A DNA stretch of 64,000 bases, taken from an uncultured Candidatus Rokubacteria bacterium. GTDB lineage: Bacteria; Methylomirabilota; Methylomirabilia; Rokubacteriales; CSP1-6. Below, piece by piece: positions 21,298 to 31,380 of this stretch (its first letter is position 1; each line of letters starts with the position of its first letter). The notes under the pieces are model-generated. The model saw only the letters and a list, made by a program, of their open reading frames with translations. It was not told where the DNA came from and searched no databases. The DNA lies in the NCBI GenBank assembly GCA_963789955.1, contig CAWBMV010000001.1:64001-128000 (forward strand), written 5' to 3'. The position numbers and the translations under genes were made by a program.

Positions 21298-22095
21298 CTA
21301 CTTCGCCGAGGGGAAGACGGGGGCGCGCTTCTCGCGAATCGCTTTCACGCCCTCGCGCACGTCGGGATACGAGAACGAGAGCATCTCGAGCGCCAGGGAC
21401 TGATCGAAGATCGGCCCGGCCTGGCGCAGCCAGTTGTTGAGCGCGCGCTTGGTCCACTGGATCGAGATCTGACTGCCGCGCGCGAGCCGGTCGGCGACGT
21501 CGAGCGCCTTCGGCATGACCTGATCCGGCGGCAGGCACATCGTGACCAGACCGATCCGCTCGGCCTCGCGTCCGTCGATGAAGTCGGCCGTGAGCAGATA
21601 GTATTTCGCCTTCGCCATCCCGCACAGGAGCGGCCAGAGGATCGCGGCGTGATCGCCCGCGGCCACGCCCAGCCGCGTGTGGCCGTCGGTGAAGCGCGCC
21701 GTCTCGGCGATGATGCTGACGTCGGCCATGAGCGCGACGACGAGCCCTGCGCCCACCGCGACGCCGTTGATCGCCGAGACCACCGGCTTGTCGAGGTTGA
21801 TCATGTTGTAGACCAGGTCGGAGGCCTCGCGCATCGTGCGCGTGAGCGCGTCGGGATTGCCCGCCATGTCTTCGACCAGCGAGAGATCACCGCCGGCCGA
21901 GAACGCCTTGCCGGCGCCGGTCACGACGACGACGCGCGTCTTCGGATCGGCGTCGACCACGGGCCAGATCTGCGTGAACTCCCAGTGCAGGCGCGCGTTG
22001 GCCGCGTTCAGCACTTCCGGCCGGTTGATGGTGACGACGAGCACCCCGTTCGGCTTGGACTCGAACGTGAGGTGGCGGAAGTCGGCGTAGTTCAT
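21298..22095 (-). CDS. Enoyl-CoA hydratase/isomerase family protein
   Basis: AFSAGGD, AINGVAVGAG, DGHTRLGVAAGDH. Confidence 0.92.
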   Translation of the reverse strand: MNYADFRHLTFESKPNGVLVVTINRPEVLNAANARLHWEFTQIWPVVDADPKTRVVVVTGAGKAFSAGGDLSLVEDMAGNPDALTRTMREASDLVYNMINLDKPVVSAINGVAVGAGLVVALMADVSIIAETARFTDGHTRLGVAAGDHAAILWPLLCGMAKAKYYLLTADFIDGREAERIGLVTMCLPPDQVMPKALDVADRLARGSQISIQWTKRALNNWLRQAGPIFDQSLALEMLSFSYPDVREGVKAIREKRAPVFPSAK

Positions 22096-22106
22096 GATGT
22101 CGCTCC

Positions 22107-22466
22107 TCAGGCCAGCTCGGGGCCGACGCCGCCGCCGGTCCACGAGAACGAATGCACGGTCAGCGCCTCGGGCAGCGGTGCGTTCGGCGCGTCGACCGCG
22201 GTGCGAACGTAGGAGAGCAGCGAGTCGAACAGCTCGGCCGTGTTGATCCGCCGAAACCAGAGCGGCCGGCCGTTGAGATAGACGAAGATCACGTTCGCCT
22301 CGCTGCACGGCCCAAGGCACTCGGAGAACGCGAAGCGCACCCGCCCCTGCAGGCCGGCCGCGTCGAACACGCGCCGCGTCGCCGGCCGCGAAATGCGGGC
22401 GGCGCCGTTGTTGGTGTGACCGCAGCAGCACCCGAAGCACGCGAACATCAGCCCGGCGTCAGCCAT
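22107..22466 (-). CDS. Thioredoxin-like [2Fe-2S] ferredoxin domain protein
   Basis: CFGCCCG and SECLGPC motifs. Confidence 0.7.
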   Translation of the reverse strand: MADAGLMFACFGCCCGHTNNGAARISRPATRRVFDAAGLQGRVRFAFSECLGPCSEANVIFVYLNGRPLWFRRINTAELFDSLLSYVRTAVDAPNAPLPEALTVHSFSWTGGGVGPELA

Positions 22467-23649
22467 GAACTGCCATGGTACCCGAGCTTCGGGCGCGCGT
22501 GAGCAGGAGTAGCGCGGTGACGGCCAGGGCGGTCGTCGAGATCGCGGGCAGGAGCCCGGCCAGGCGCATGCCCAGGACGCCCGAGAGAAACGGCCCGAGG
22601 AAGATCCCGGCGTCCACCGAGACGCGGTAGAGCCCGGTGCGCCACGCGATGCGCTCGGGCTCGGTCTCTCGCCGCAGGAGGGTCAGCGGCAGCATCCAGC
22701 CCGACATCGAGAGGCCGAAGAGCGCGCAGCCGGCGACGACCACGGGCAGCGCGCCGAAGCCGATCAGCGCGTTCGCGGTCGCCATCAGGACCAATATGCC
22801 GGGCAGCACGCGGACCGCCCCATGCCGATCGGCGAGCAGGCCGGTCGGGATCAGCGCCGCGATGTCGAAGATCTGCTGGACCATGAACAGACGCGCCACC
22901 CCGGCGCGCTCGAGCCCGAACTCGCGGCTGCCGCGCAGCGGAACCACGAACTGCTCCATCGTGGAGTACGTGAGGGCGACGAGTCCGCCGGCCGCGAAGG
23001 CGAGCGGCACCAGCGAGGCGTGGCGGGCGACGCGCGCGAGCGGGCTCGCCGGCGCGCTCGTGGTCTCGCGGGCGGGTATCGCGGTCGCTCGCGCGCTCGC
23101 GTGCGCGGGAAGCGCGGACATGAGCTTCGGCGCGATCCCGATGGCGAGGAGCTGCGGGGCGCACGCGAGCAGGAACGCGGTGTTCCAGGCCAGACCCGAC
23201 GGCAAGGTTCCGATCAGCGCGGCGCCGCCGAGCATGCCGATCATCGCGGAGAGCTCGTACGCCGCGAGCGCCGACGCGAGATTCTTTCCCGACTGGAAGC
23301 GCAGGATCGCCGTGAGCCCGGCGACCATGCTGAGCGCCTGCCCGAGACCCATGAGCAGACGGCCGAGCACGATCGTGGTGAACCCGCCGCCCGCCGTGAC
23401 GCAGAGGGCGCCGAGCACGAGCACGAGAGGGCCGACCCACAGCGCGCGACGGAGATGGTGAGTCAAGAAGAGGCCGAGCGGAACATCGGCCACCATCCGC
23501 GCGAAGCCGAAGGCGCCCGCCACGATGCCGAGCTGCCAGTCGGCGAGCGCCGCGCTGCGCGCGATGTCGGGCAGGACCGCGGGGAAGGCGCCGCTCGAAA
23601 CGAGGTTGGAGAAGGTCGTCAGACACAGCAGAGCGGTCAGGGACGTCAC
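22459..23649 (-). CDS. MFS transporter
   Basis: About 12 TM segments, GRLLMGLG, GLLADRHG; start uncertain. Confidence 0.85.
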   Translation of the reverse strand: MTSLTALLCLTTFSNLVSSGAFPAVLPDIARSAALADWQLGIVAGAFGFARMVADVPLGLFLTHHLRRALWVGPLVLVLGALCVTAGGGFTTIVLGRLLMGLGQALSMVAGLTAILRFQSGKNLASALAAYELSAMIGMLGGAALIGTLPSGLAWNTAFLLACAPQLLAIGIAPKLMSALPAHASARATAIPARETTSAPASPLARVARHASLVPLAFAAGGLVALTYSTMEQFVVPLRGSREFGLERAGVARLFMVQQIFDIAALIPTGLLADRHGAVRVLPGILVLMATANALIGFGALPVVVAGCALFGLSMSGWMLPLTLLRRETEPERIAWRTGLYRVSVDAGIFLGPFLSGVLGMRLAGLLPAISTTALAVTALLLLTRARSSGTMAVHG

Positions 23650-23677
23650 GAGGCCTTTTATGGTAAACCATTGCCCC

Positions 23678-24433
23678 ATGACCGAGGCCACGATCCGGCT
23701 GGACGTGCAGGGCGACGTCGCGCGCATCACGTTCGACCGGCCGCACGTGCTGAACGCGGGCAACTCGCGCTTCGCGACGGAGCTCGGCGAGGCGGTCGCG
23801 TCGATCAACGCCCGGCGAGACGTGCGCGTGGTCGTGATGACCGGCGCCGGCCGGGCGTTTCAGACCGGCGTCGATCTCAAGGCGCTCGCGGCCGGCGAGC
23901 TGACGCAGCCCGATCTGGTCCGGTGGGAAGACGCGATGACCGAGATCGAGCGCATGGACAAGCTCGTCATCGCGGGGATCAACGGGCACTGCATCGGCGG
24001 CGGCCTCCAGCTGGCGCTCGTGTGCGACTACCGGCTGGCCGTCGAGGACGCGCTGCTCAGCCTGCCGGCCGTCAAGGAATGCCTGATTCCGTCGATGTCG
24101 CTCTTTCGCCTGCCGCGGCTGATCGGCATGGGGCGCGCCAAGGAGCTGATCCTGCTCGGCGAGCCGATCACCGCGCGCGAGGGCGAGCGCATCGGTCTCG
24201 TGAACCGCGCGGTGCCCGCGGCCGACTTTCCGAAGGCACTCGACGAGATCACCGAGAAATTCCTGGCGCTGCCGCCGGTGAGCGTGACCGCCAGCAAGCG
24301 CCTGAGCACGTCGGCATTCGACCTCGACTTCGAGACGTTCCGCCGGGAGATGAACACGGCCCTGGCCGGGTGCTTCGCGTCCGACGAGCACCAGCGCGCG
24401 ATGGCCAATATCCGATCCAAGAAACGGAGCTGA
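23678..24433 (+). CDS. Enoyl-CoA hydratase/isomerase family protein
   Basis: AFQTGVDL, INGHCIGGGLQLALVCD. Confidence 0.9.
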   Translation: MTEATIRLDVQGDVARITFDRPHVLNAGNSRFATELGEAVASINARRDVRVVVMTGAGRAFQTGVDLKALAAGELTQPDLVRWEDAMTEIERMDKLVIAGINGHCIGGGLQLALVCDYRLAVEDALLSLPAVKECLIPSMSLFRLPRLIGMGRAKELILLGEPITAREGERIGLVNRAVPAADFPKALDEITEKFLALPPVSVTASKRLSTSAFDLDFETFRREMNTALAGCFASDEHQRAMANIRSKKRS

Positions 24434-24435
24434 CG

Positions 24436-25399
24436 ATGAAGATCCTCTACACGCCGCTGATGATCGTGCCGTCCGTCTCACCCGAGCAGCGCGCCGCCAT
24501 CCTCGACGCCGCCGGCCCGGGCTCCACCTTCGTCGAGGCGAAGGACGCCGCCACGCAGCGACGCGAGATCGTCGACACCGACGCGCTCTTCGGCCGCGTG
24601 TCGCCGGAGATCTTTCCGCTCGGCAAGCGTCTTCGCTACTACCAGTCGATCGGCGCAGGGGTCGACTCGATCCTGACCCAGGAGCTGGTCGAGAGCGACG
24701 TGCCGCTGGCGAGCGAGAAGGGCGGGGTCGGCATTCATCTGGCCGAGCACGCGTTCGCGCTCTTGCTGGCGCTCACTCGCGGCCTGCACACCGCGATCCG
24801 TCAGCCCGACTACAGCCTGCGCGAGCCGATCCGGCTCCGTCAGCTCGAGCTCTACGATCTGACGATGGGCATCGTCGGCTTCGGCGGCACCGGCCGCGAG
24901 GTCGCGAAGCGGGCGCTCGGATTCGGCATGCGCGTGCTGGGCGTCGATATCGAGGACGTGGCGCCGGAGCCCGGCGTCGAGGCCATCTGGAAGCCCGATC
25001 GGCTCGGCGACCTGCTCGGCGCGTCGGACGCCGTGGTGATCTGCCTGCCGCTGACGAAGGCGACCCACCATCTCTTCACGCGCGACCTGTTCCGCAAGAT
25101 GAAGAAGACCGGCTATCTCATCAACGTCACGCGCGGCGCGATCGTGTACGGCGACGATCTGCTGAAGGCGCTCGACGAGGAGACGATCGGCGGCGCCGGC
25201 CTCGACGTCACCGATCCCGAGCCGCTGGCGGCCAACCATCGGCTGTGGACGCATCCGCGCGCGATCGTGACGCCGCACACCGCGGGCGGCTCGCCGCGGC
25301 GGGCGCAGCGGGTCATCGACACGTTCTGCGAGAACCTGCGGCGGATGCGGGCTGGGAAAGCCGCTCATCGCGCTGATCGACAAGCGCAAAGGGTACTAG
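24436..25399 (+). CDS. D-2-hydroxyacid dehydrogenase; frameshift near the 3' end
   Basis: GIVGFGGTG, INVTRG, LDVTDPEP, TPHTAG; ends IDKRKGY*. Confidence 0.92.
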
Positions 25400-25421
25400 C
25401 GGAGCCTGAGTCTCAGCGCGC

Positions 25422-25574
25422 GAGGCGGGCGGGGCCTGGCGCAGGGGCACGGCTCCGGCGGGGCGGCTGCGTCACCCACTCGCCCGATTCGCAGCGCTTC
25501 GCGCTGCGGGCGGGACGAGGGGGGCCCACTACGCCGCCCCGCCGAAGCCGTGCCCTGCGCCACCCGCCCGTCTC
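25422..25574. repeat. Long imperfect inverted repeat (REP/MITE-like)
   Basis: Arms 25437-25467 and 25533-25562 nearly perfectly complementary; inner hairpin 25490-25508. Confidence 0.75.
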
Positions 25575-25639
25575 CCGTCGCTGCGCTCCGCCTCCCGGGA
25601 TAGACTGGCCTAGAGAAGATTGGCCTGGAGAAGAACTCG

Positions 25640-26488
25640 ATGATTTCTAGAACACTGCTTTCGAATGCCTCGCTGCGGGTGGTCGATCGGCGGTGTAACT
25701 CGTCGGCGGCGGATGCGCCGTTCCTTGAGATGCATGCGGATTATTCGCTGTCTTACGTGCGGCGGGGGACGTTTGGGTATCGGAGTCGTGGGACTTCGTT
25801 CGAGCTTGTTGCGGGGTCGATTCTGGTTGGTTATCCCGGTGATGAGTACGTGTGCACGCACGACCATGCGGGGGGCGACGGGGACGAATGTCTGTCGTTC
25901 CACCTGTCGCGGGAGCTCGTGGAAAGTGTCGGTGATCGCGCGGACGTGTGGCGGCGAGGCTGCGTGCCGGCGATTTCCGAGCTGATGGTGGTTGGTGAGC
26001 TCGCGCAGGCGATCGCGGCCGGGCGGGCCGACGTCGGGCTGGATGAGGTCGGCATCGCGATGGTCGTGCGCTTTGTTGGCCTGGTGTCAGGGCGGACGCG
26101 ACGGCCGATGGGTGCGCCGGCGCGGGATCGGCGGCGAGCGGTGGAGGCGGCCGGGTGGATCGAGGCGCATGCGAGCGAACGCGTGGACCTGACGAGCGCG
26201 GCGCGCGCGGTTGGGTTGAGTCCGTTTCACTTTCTCCGGGTGTTCGCCGGGGTGCTCGGGGTGACTCCTCACCAGTATCTGGTTCGGGCGCGCCTGCGTC
26301 ACGCGGCGCGCCTGCTGGCCGACGATACACGGTCGATCACCGACGTCGCGCTCGACGTCGGGTTTGGCGATCTCTCGAACTTCGTGCGTACCTTCCACCG
26401 CGCCGCGGGTGTGTCGCCCAGCGGCTTCCGGCGAGCGGCCCGAGGCGACCGCAAGATTCTCCAAGAGAGGCTCGCGCGCCCGGCCTAG
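25640..26488 (+). CDS. AraC family transcriptional regulator
   Basis: [37 protein letters not shown]. Confidence 0.93.
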   Translation: MISRTLLSNASLRVVDRRCNSSAADAPFLEMHADYSLSYVRRGTFGYRSRGTSFELVAGSILVGYPGDEYVCTHDHAGGDGDECLSFHLSRELVESVGDRADVWRRGCVPAISELMVVGELAQAIAAGRADVGLDEVGIAMVVRFVGLVSGRTRRPMGAPARDRRRAVEAAGWIEAHASERVDLTSAARAVGLSPFHFLRVFAGVLGVTPHQYLVRARLRHAARLLADDTRSITDVALDVGFGDLSNFVRTFHRAAGVSPSGFRRAARGDRKILQERLARPA

Positions 26489-26518
26489 GATGACCTCCTG
26501 GCAGCAAAGGAGGACACC

Positions 26519-26911
26519 ATGGCGTCTATTCGGAAGGAGATCCTGCTCGACGCGCGGCCCGAAGAAGTCTGGGACGCGGTCCGCGACATCGGCGCGCTCC
26601 ACACACGGCTCGTGCCCGGGTTCGTCACCGATACCCGCCTCGAAGAAGGCGCGCGCATCGTCACCTTCGGCAACGGGATGGTCGTGCGCGAGCTGATCGT
26701 CGACCTCGACGATCAGGCGCGGCGACTCGTCTGGTCCGCGCGCGGCCGGCTCACGCACCACAACGCGTCGGCCCAGGTTTTCGCCGAGGGCGAGCAGCGC
26801 GCCAAGCTCGTCTGGACGGCCGACGTCCTGCCGAACGAGCTTGCGGGCGATATCCGGGCCATGATGGAGCAGGGCGCGGCCGCCATGCAGAAGGCCTTCG
26901 CGAAGCGATGA
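26519..26911 (+). CDS. SRPBCC family protein
   Basis: A.PEEVWDAVRD, RIVTFGNG; RBS aggagg. Confidence 0.85.
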   Translation: MASIRKEILLDARPEEVWDAVRDIGALHTRLVPGFVTDTRLEEGARIVTFGNGMVVRELIVDLDDQARRLVWSARGRLTHHNASAQVFAEGEQRAKLVWTADVLPNELAGDIRAMMEQGAAAMQKAFAKR

Positions 26912-26948
26912 CGCATCCGCTCGTCACGGCCGGAGCTCGTGTCGAGCC

Positions 26949-28313
26949 TTACACCGGCCGCTCGAAGCCGTACTCGCGCGTCTGGTTGAGATCGTCCGGC
27001 AGGATCCGCTCGCCGGTGCGCCGGAAGCCCATCCGTTCGTAGAGGCGGTGCGCCTGATCGAAGCGCGTGTCCGACCAGAGGATCAGGCGCCCGATCTGCT
27101 GCGCTCGGCACCACTCGAGCACCGTCTCGACCAGCGCGCGGCCTGTCCCGCGGCCGCGCAGGCGCGCGTCGAGGTAGAGCCGATGGAGCTCGGCGCTGCC
27201 GTCCTCGAGCCGCTCGACACCGACCGAGCCGACGATCACTCCGCCGTCACGCACGACGTAGAACGCGCCGCGCGGTGCTGCATAGTGCTCCTCGAAGCGA
27301 AACAAGTCGGGGACCTCGACCTCGGGCACGTAGACGAAGCCGTATTCCAGATAGACGCGGCCGATGAGCTCGACGACACCGGGTGCGTCGGCGCCTCTGG
27401 CCGGTTCGACGGCCAGCGCGGCGCCGGCCTCGCGCCCGCGCGAGCGGCCGCGAACCGCCAGCCGATCCCACGGCAGCACGATGACGGCGATACCGAGGAG
27501 TACCAGCGCCATGCCCGCGAGCCGGAGCGGACCGAACTGCTCACCGAACACGAGCGCCGACGAGTAGCCGCCGACGAACGGTACCAGCAGGGCAAACGGC
27601 GTCACCGTCGCGGCCGGATATCGGCGCAGCAGCCGGCCCCAGACGGCATAGGCGAAGATGGTGGCCACGACGCCGAGGTACAGCGCGGACAAGACGGCGC
27701 TCGACGAGGCGATCGAGAGGTCGTAGGCCAATGCCGCGGGCCCGTCCACCATCAGCGCGAGCGCCAGCGCCGGAAGCGGCGGGACGAGGCTGAGCCAGAC
27801 GACCAGATGGAGCATGTCGACGTCGTCGAGCCCCTTCAAGAGAATGTTCCCGACACCCCAGCTGATCGCGGAGCCCATCGCGAGGCCGAACCCGAGCGGG
27901 GTCAGATCCTGGCCGACGGTCAGCACGATCAGCACGAGCCCCGCGAACGCCGTGATCACGCCCGCGATCTGGCGCGCGGTCGGCCGTTCGCGCAGGACCA
28001 TCGCCGCGAACACGATCGTGAACAGCGCCTGGGTCTGGACGAGCAGCGACGCCAGGCCGGGCGGCACGCCGTCGGTGATCGCGAAGAATTGCAGGAGGAA
28101 CTGGCCGGCGAAGAGGGTCGAGCCGATCGCGATCAGACGCGGCCAGCTCACCGCCGGGCGCGGCAGCACCAGCGCCGGGAGGGCCGCGATCGCGAACCGC
28201 AGCGCCGTCAAGGTGGGCGGCGAGAAGCTATCGAGCGCGAGCCCCGTGGCGACGAACGCCAGGCCCCAGATGACGACGACCAGCAGCACGAGCGCGACGT
28301 GAAGAGGGCTCAG
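26949..28313 (-). CDS. EamA/DMT exporter fused to a C-terminal GNAT acetyltransferase
   Basis: IWGLAFV, LVQTQALFT, PFALLVP; then LHRLYL..RGRGTG, AHRLYERMGF. Confidence 0.82.
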   Translation of the reverse strand: MSPLHVALVLLVVVIWGLAFVATGLALDSFSPPTLTALRFAIAALPALVLPRPAVSWPRLIAIGSTLFAGQFLLQFFAITDGVPPGLASLLVQTQALFTIVFAAMVLRERPTARQIAGVITAFAGLVLIVLTVGQDLTPLGFGLAMGSAISWGVGNILLKGLDDVDMLHLVVWLSLVPPLPALALALMVDGPAALAYDLSIASSSAVLSALYLGVVATIFAYAVWGRLLRRYPAATVTPFALLVPFVGGYSSALVFGEQFGPLRLAGMALVLLGIAVIVLPWDRLAVRGRSRGREAGAALAVEPARGADAPGVVELIGRVYLEYGFVYVPEVEVPDLFRFEEHYAAPRGAFYVVRDGGVIVGSVGVERLEDGSAELHRLYLDARLRGRGTGRALVETVLEWCRAQQIGRLILWSDTRFDQAHRLYERMGFRRTGERILPDDLNQTREYGFERPV

Positions 28314-28326
28314 GGCGCGGCCGGTC

Positions 28327-28554
28327 TCAGCTCAGGATGGCGCGACGGTAGTGGCTCGGGTAGACGATGCCGGGGCGCGTGGGCATCGCCGCCAGGTCTT
28401 GCGCGATCTGCCAGCCGAGCGTCTTCAGCGCCTCGACCTCGGAGCGCTCGCGCGAGGCGAGAGCGGTCCAGGCCGTCGCCTCGTCGGGCGCGGCCACGAT
28501 CACGGGCCCGATGAAGTCGTCGTCGCTGATGCGCTCGAAGAAGTAGAGGGTCAC
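28327..28554 (-). CDS. Hypothetical protein (75 aa)
   Basis: GTGA coupling to the upstream gene; VTLYFFERISDDDF... Confidence 0.6.
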   Translation of the reverse strand: MTLYFFERISDDDFIGPVIVAAPDEATAWTALASRERSEVEALKTLGWQIAQDLAAMPTRPGIVYPSHYRRAILS

Positions 28555-28833
28555 TCCGGCTTGAGATCGGGCCGCTTGAGGGCGAGCGCCGACCACTCGA
28601 GGCGTCGCCTTGCGCTTGAACTCGATCGCCTTCTCCCACTCGTCGAGCGAATAGCAGTCGCGCTCGGCGACGCAGCGGATCTCGGTCACGGTGCGCTCGT
28701 CGAGGCCCAGACGCTCCGCGATCTGCTTGTCGGAGAGGCCGGGCTGGTCGATCTTCTGGAACGAGTTGCAGAGCTTCAGCACCTCGTCCTTGTAGCGCTT
28801 GTAGACCTCGGGGTCGAGCTTGAACACCGGCAT
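28551..28833 (-). CDS. Small HTH-containing protein; frameshift ~28600
   Basis: LSDKQIAERLGLDERTVTEIR. Confidence 0.65.
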
Positions 28834-28834
28834 G

Positions 28835-29693
28835 CTATCTCATCTCCCTGAGCCCGTGCGCGGCGGGGCACACGCGCATGCACTCGAAGCACTGCGCGAT
28901 GTTCGTCGACGAGTAGGTGATGGCCCAGAGGCTGCGCGTGAAGAAGTCGCCGTAGAGCAGCATCTTGCGCTTGTCGCGGTCGGGCTCGTTGAGCGTCTCC
29001 TCGAGCACCTTCTGAAAGCCGCCGACCCAGTGCGTGTGCACGCGCGTGTTGCAGCGCGCGGCGTCGTAGAAGGTCCGCACGGCCCGGCCGTTCTCGAGCT
29101 TGCCGGAGAGACAGCCGCCGTTCGAGCCCGGACAGGTGGCGAGGCACGGCGTCGTCCGCTCGCGGTCCCACATCTCGACGCACGACGGCGCCGGGCACGC
29201 GGGGCTCGTCTCGGCGCCGTCGGCCTCGAAGGGCGCCGTGGTGATCACCGCGCTCCAGTACATGAAGCCGTGCTCGCGGTTGAGCACGGGGCCGGCGAGC
29301 GATTTGGATCCAAGGCCGGCGAGCTCGCGCGGCCAGCATCAGCGAGAGGAAGGGCGTGTCGCCGCTCGCCGTGCCGGGCGGGACGTAGAGGGCGTAGTAG
29401 CCGAACTCGCTCTCGATGTACTGGGCGAGCCGCCGGCCCACGCCCTGGATGCGCTCGGTCGTGCCCATCGTCTGCATGACCCACGGCGAGGTCGCCGCCC
29501 AGTCGCCCTCGCGCGGCTGCGCACCGCCGACCACCACGACCGATCGAGCGCCCGGCAGCAGATCGCCGGGCCGATGCTTCTCCGGCGCGTGCGCGTCGAA
29601 CGCCGCGGCGTCGGCGATGCCGCAGACGGTCGCGCCCGCCTTGAGGGCGACCGACTTCAGCGTCGCGGTGGCAGCCGGAAGGGAGATCGGCAT
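28835..29693 (-). CDS. QueG/reductive-dehalogenase-like cobalamin/2x[4Fe-4S] protein, paralogue 2; frameshift ~29330
   Basis: P.DLLPGARSVVV, AAELAGLG, C-x4-C-x11-C-x3-CP and CFECMRVCP. Confidence 0.75.
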
Positions 29694-30528
29694 CACTGGA
29701 GCTTCCGGTACTTGCGGCCGACCGGGCAGACGCGCATGCACTCGAAGCACTGGGCGATCGAGTCGCGGAAGAAGCCGAGCGACTGGATGCTCTTCGTGAA
29801 GAAGTCGCTGTAGATCATCGTCCGGCGCCGATCGCGATCGTCCTCGTTCACGATCTGCAGGAGCCCCTTCTGGAACGAGCCGATGCCGTAGGTCTGCGCC
29901 CGCGAGTGGCACTTCTCGCGGTCGTAGGTCGACTGCTGGATGCGCCCGTCCTGCACCGTTCCGGCCAGGCACGCCGGGCACACGCGCAGACACGGCGTCG
30001 TACCGATGCGCTTGTACATCGCCACGCAGCCCGGATGCGGGCACGCGGGCTCGGCCAGCGGCACGTCGGGCTCGAGCGGCAGGGTCGTGATCAGCGCCGC
30101 GTAGTAGAGCAGGCCGTACTCGGGATTCAGGATGATGTGCGCCGCGAGCGAACGTGTGCCGAGCCCGGCGAGCTCCGCGGCGTGCATCATCGACATCGGC
30201 GGCTCGTGGCCGTGGACGGGCAAGGACGGCGCCTGGATCGCCTGGTGCGCCAGGGTGCCCTCGATGAAGTCGCACATCGCGTGGATGGCCACGTTCTCGC
30301 GCAGGTCGTAGCCGGTGATCTCCATCACGCGGTGGTCGGGGCTAGCGCCAGGCGCCGGCGGTCGGCCCGTCGCCGCCGGCGACGACGACGCTCCGGGCGC
30401 CCGGCAGGATGTCCTCCGGGCGATAGCCCTCGGGCACCTTCTCGCGGAACGCTTCGACCGCCGCGATGCCGACCACGCGCGCGCCGGCCTTGAGGCCGAC
30501 GGCCTTCAGCTGCTCCTCGCGGTGTCAT
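29693..30528 (-). CDS. QueG/reductive-dehalogenase-like protein, paralogue 1; frameshifts
   Basis: PEDILPGARSVVV, HAAELAGLG, LNPEYG, ITTLPLEPD, same Cys motifs. Confidence 0.78.
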
Positions 30529-30764
30529 GACGGCCCCAGGATAATCCCCTCCGATGCCCTCGTGCGTCTAAACCATCGGGAGGTGGAGAGCGGCATTCTG
30601 CCAGACGGGCAGGTGCGGTGCACCGGCTGAAGAAGGCGGGTCCTCGGCGAAAGACCGTTGCCCGGCACCTGCCTGGACCGCTGGCTAGGCACCGGGCGGA
30701 ACGCGGTTGAGCTCGACGATCGTGCTCGCGAGGATGGCCGTGGCCCCGGGGAACGTGCGGAAGC

Positions 30765-31125
30765 CTACTTCACTGCGGTGAAGAGTCAGCGTGGTTCCGC
30801 GAATCCACCCAGTGATCTGGTCGCCTTTGACCATCAGCGCAGGAGTTTCTGATGGGCCGCCCTGCTCCCTCAGCCTGATGGTGTTGCCGTCAACAATGCC
30901 CTCGATGGGGCCGTGGCGGTCCCGGCTCCGGTGAGGGTCCCCGTCACTCGCGTCCCCGACTGCGTTGAGGACCAGCGTGTACGTGCTCGCCCCGCCCGCC
31001 ATGCTGCCCGTCCACGTGCCGTTGACGTTCGCGGGAGGCATGCCCGAGCTCTGAGTACTCGCGCACCCAGCGAGCACGAAGGCGATCAACAACCCGAGGA
31101 TAGGTCCCGTGGCTCTCTTCAGCAT
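30765..31125 (-). CDS. Small beta-rich lipoprotein; frameshifts
   Basis: Lipobox LAGC, NVNGTWTG, PIEGIVDGN; end approximate. Confidence 0.65.
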
Positions 31126-31380
31126 TTCTGTCTCTCCTGACGTGGTGATTCTCCCGGCCGCCGCACCCGTGGGTGTCGGCGTTCGGCCCGAACGGTGAGT
31201 TGCCGAACTCCTAATGCTGTCCCTGCCGTGCCATGGGCAGTCATTCTATTGGACGCGGAGCCTAGGGGAAATGGGACCTTAGGCGTGCAGCCACTAGGCT
31301 GCCGGCATGGGACAAGCCCCCCAAAGGGGGTAAAGCGCCGAAAGGGTCACGACTATACCCTCCGGTATAATCCGCCCGGC

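Noticed and set aside
30529..30760. Possible cobalamin riboswitch upstream of the QueG-like operon
   Set aside because: Hairpins exist (one covers a GGAGG at 30548-30583), but the conserved GGGAA, GCCACTG and B12-box elements are absent.
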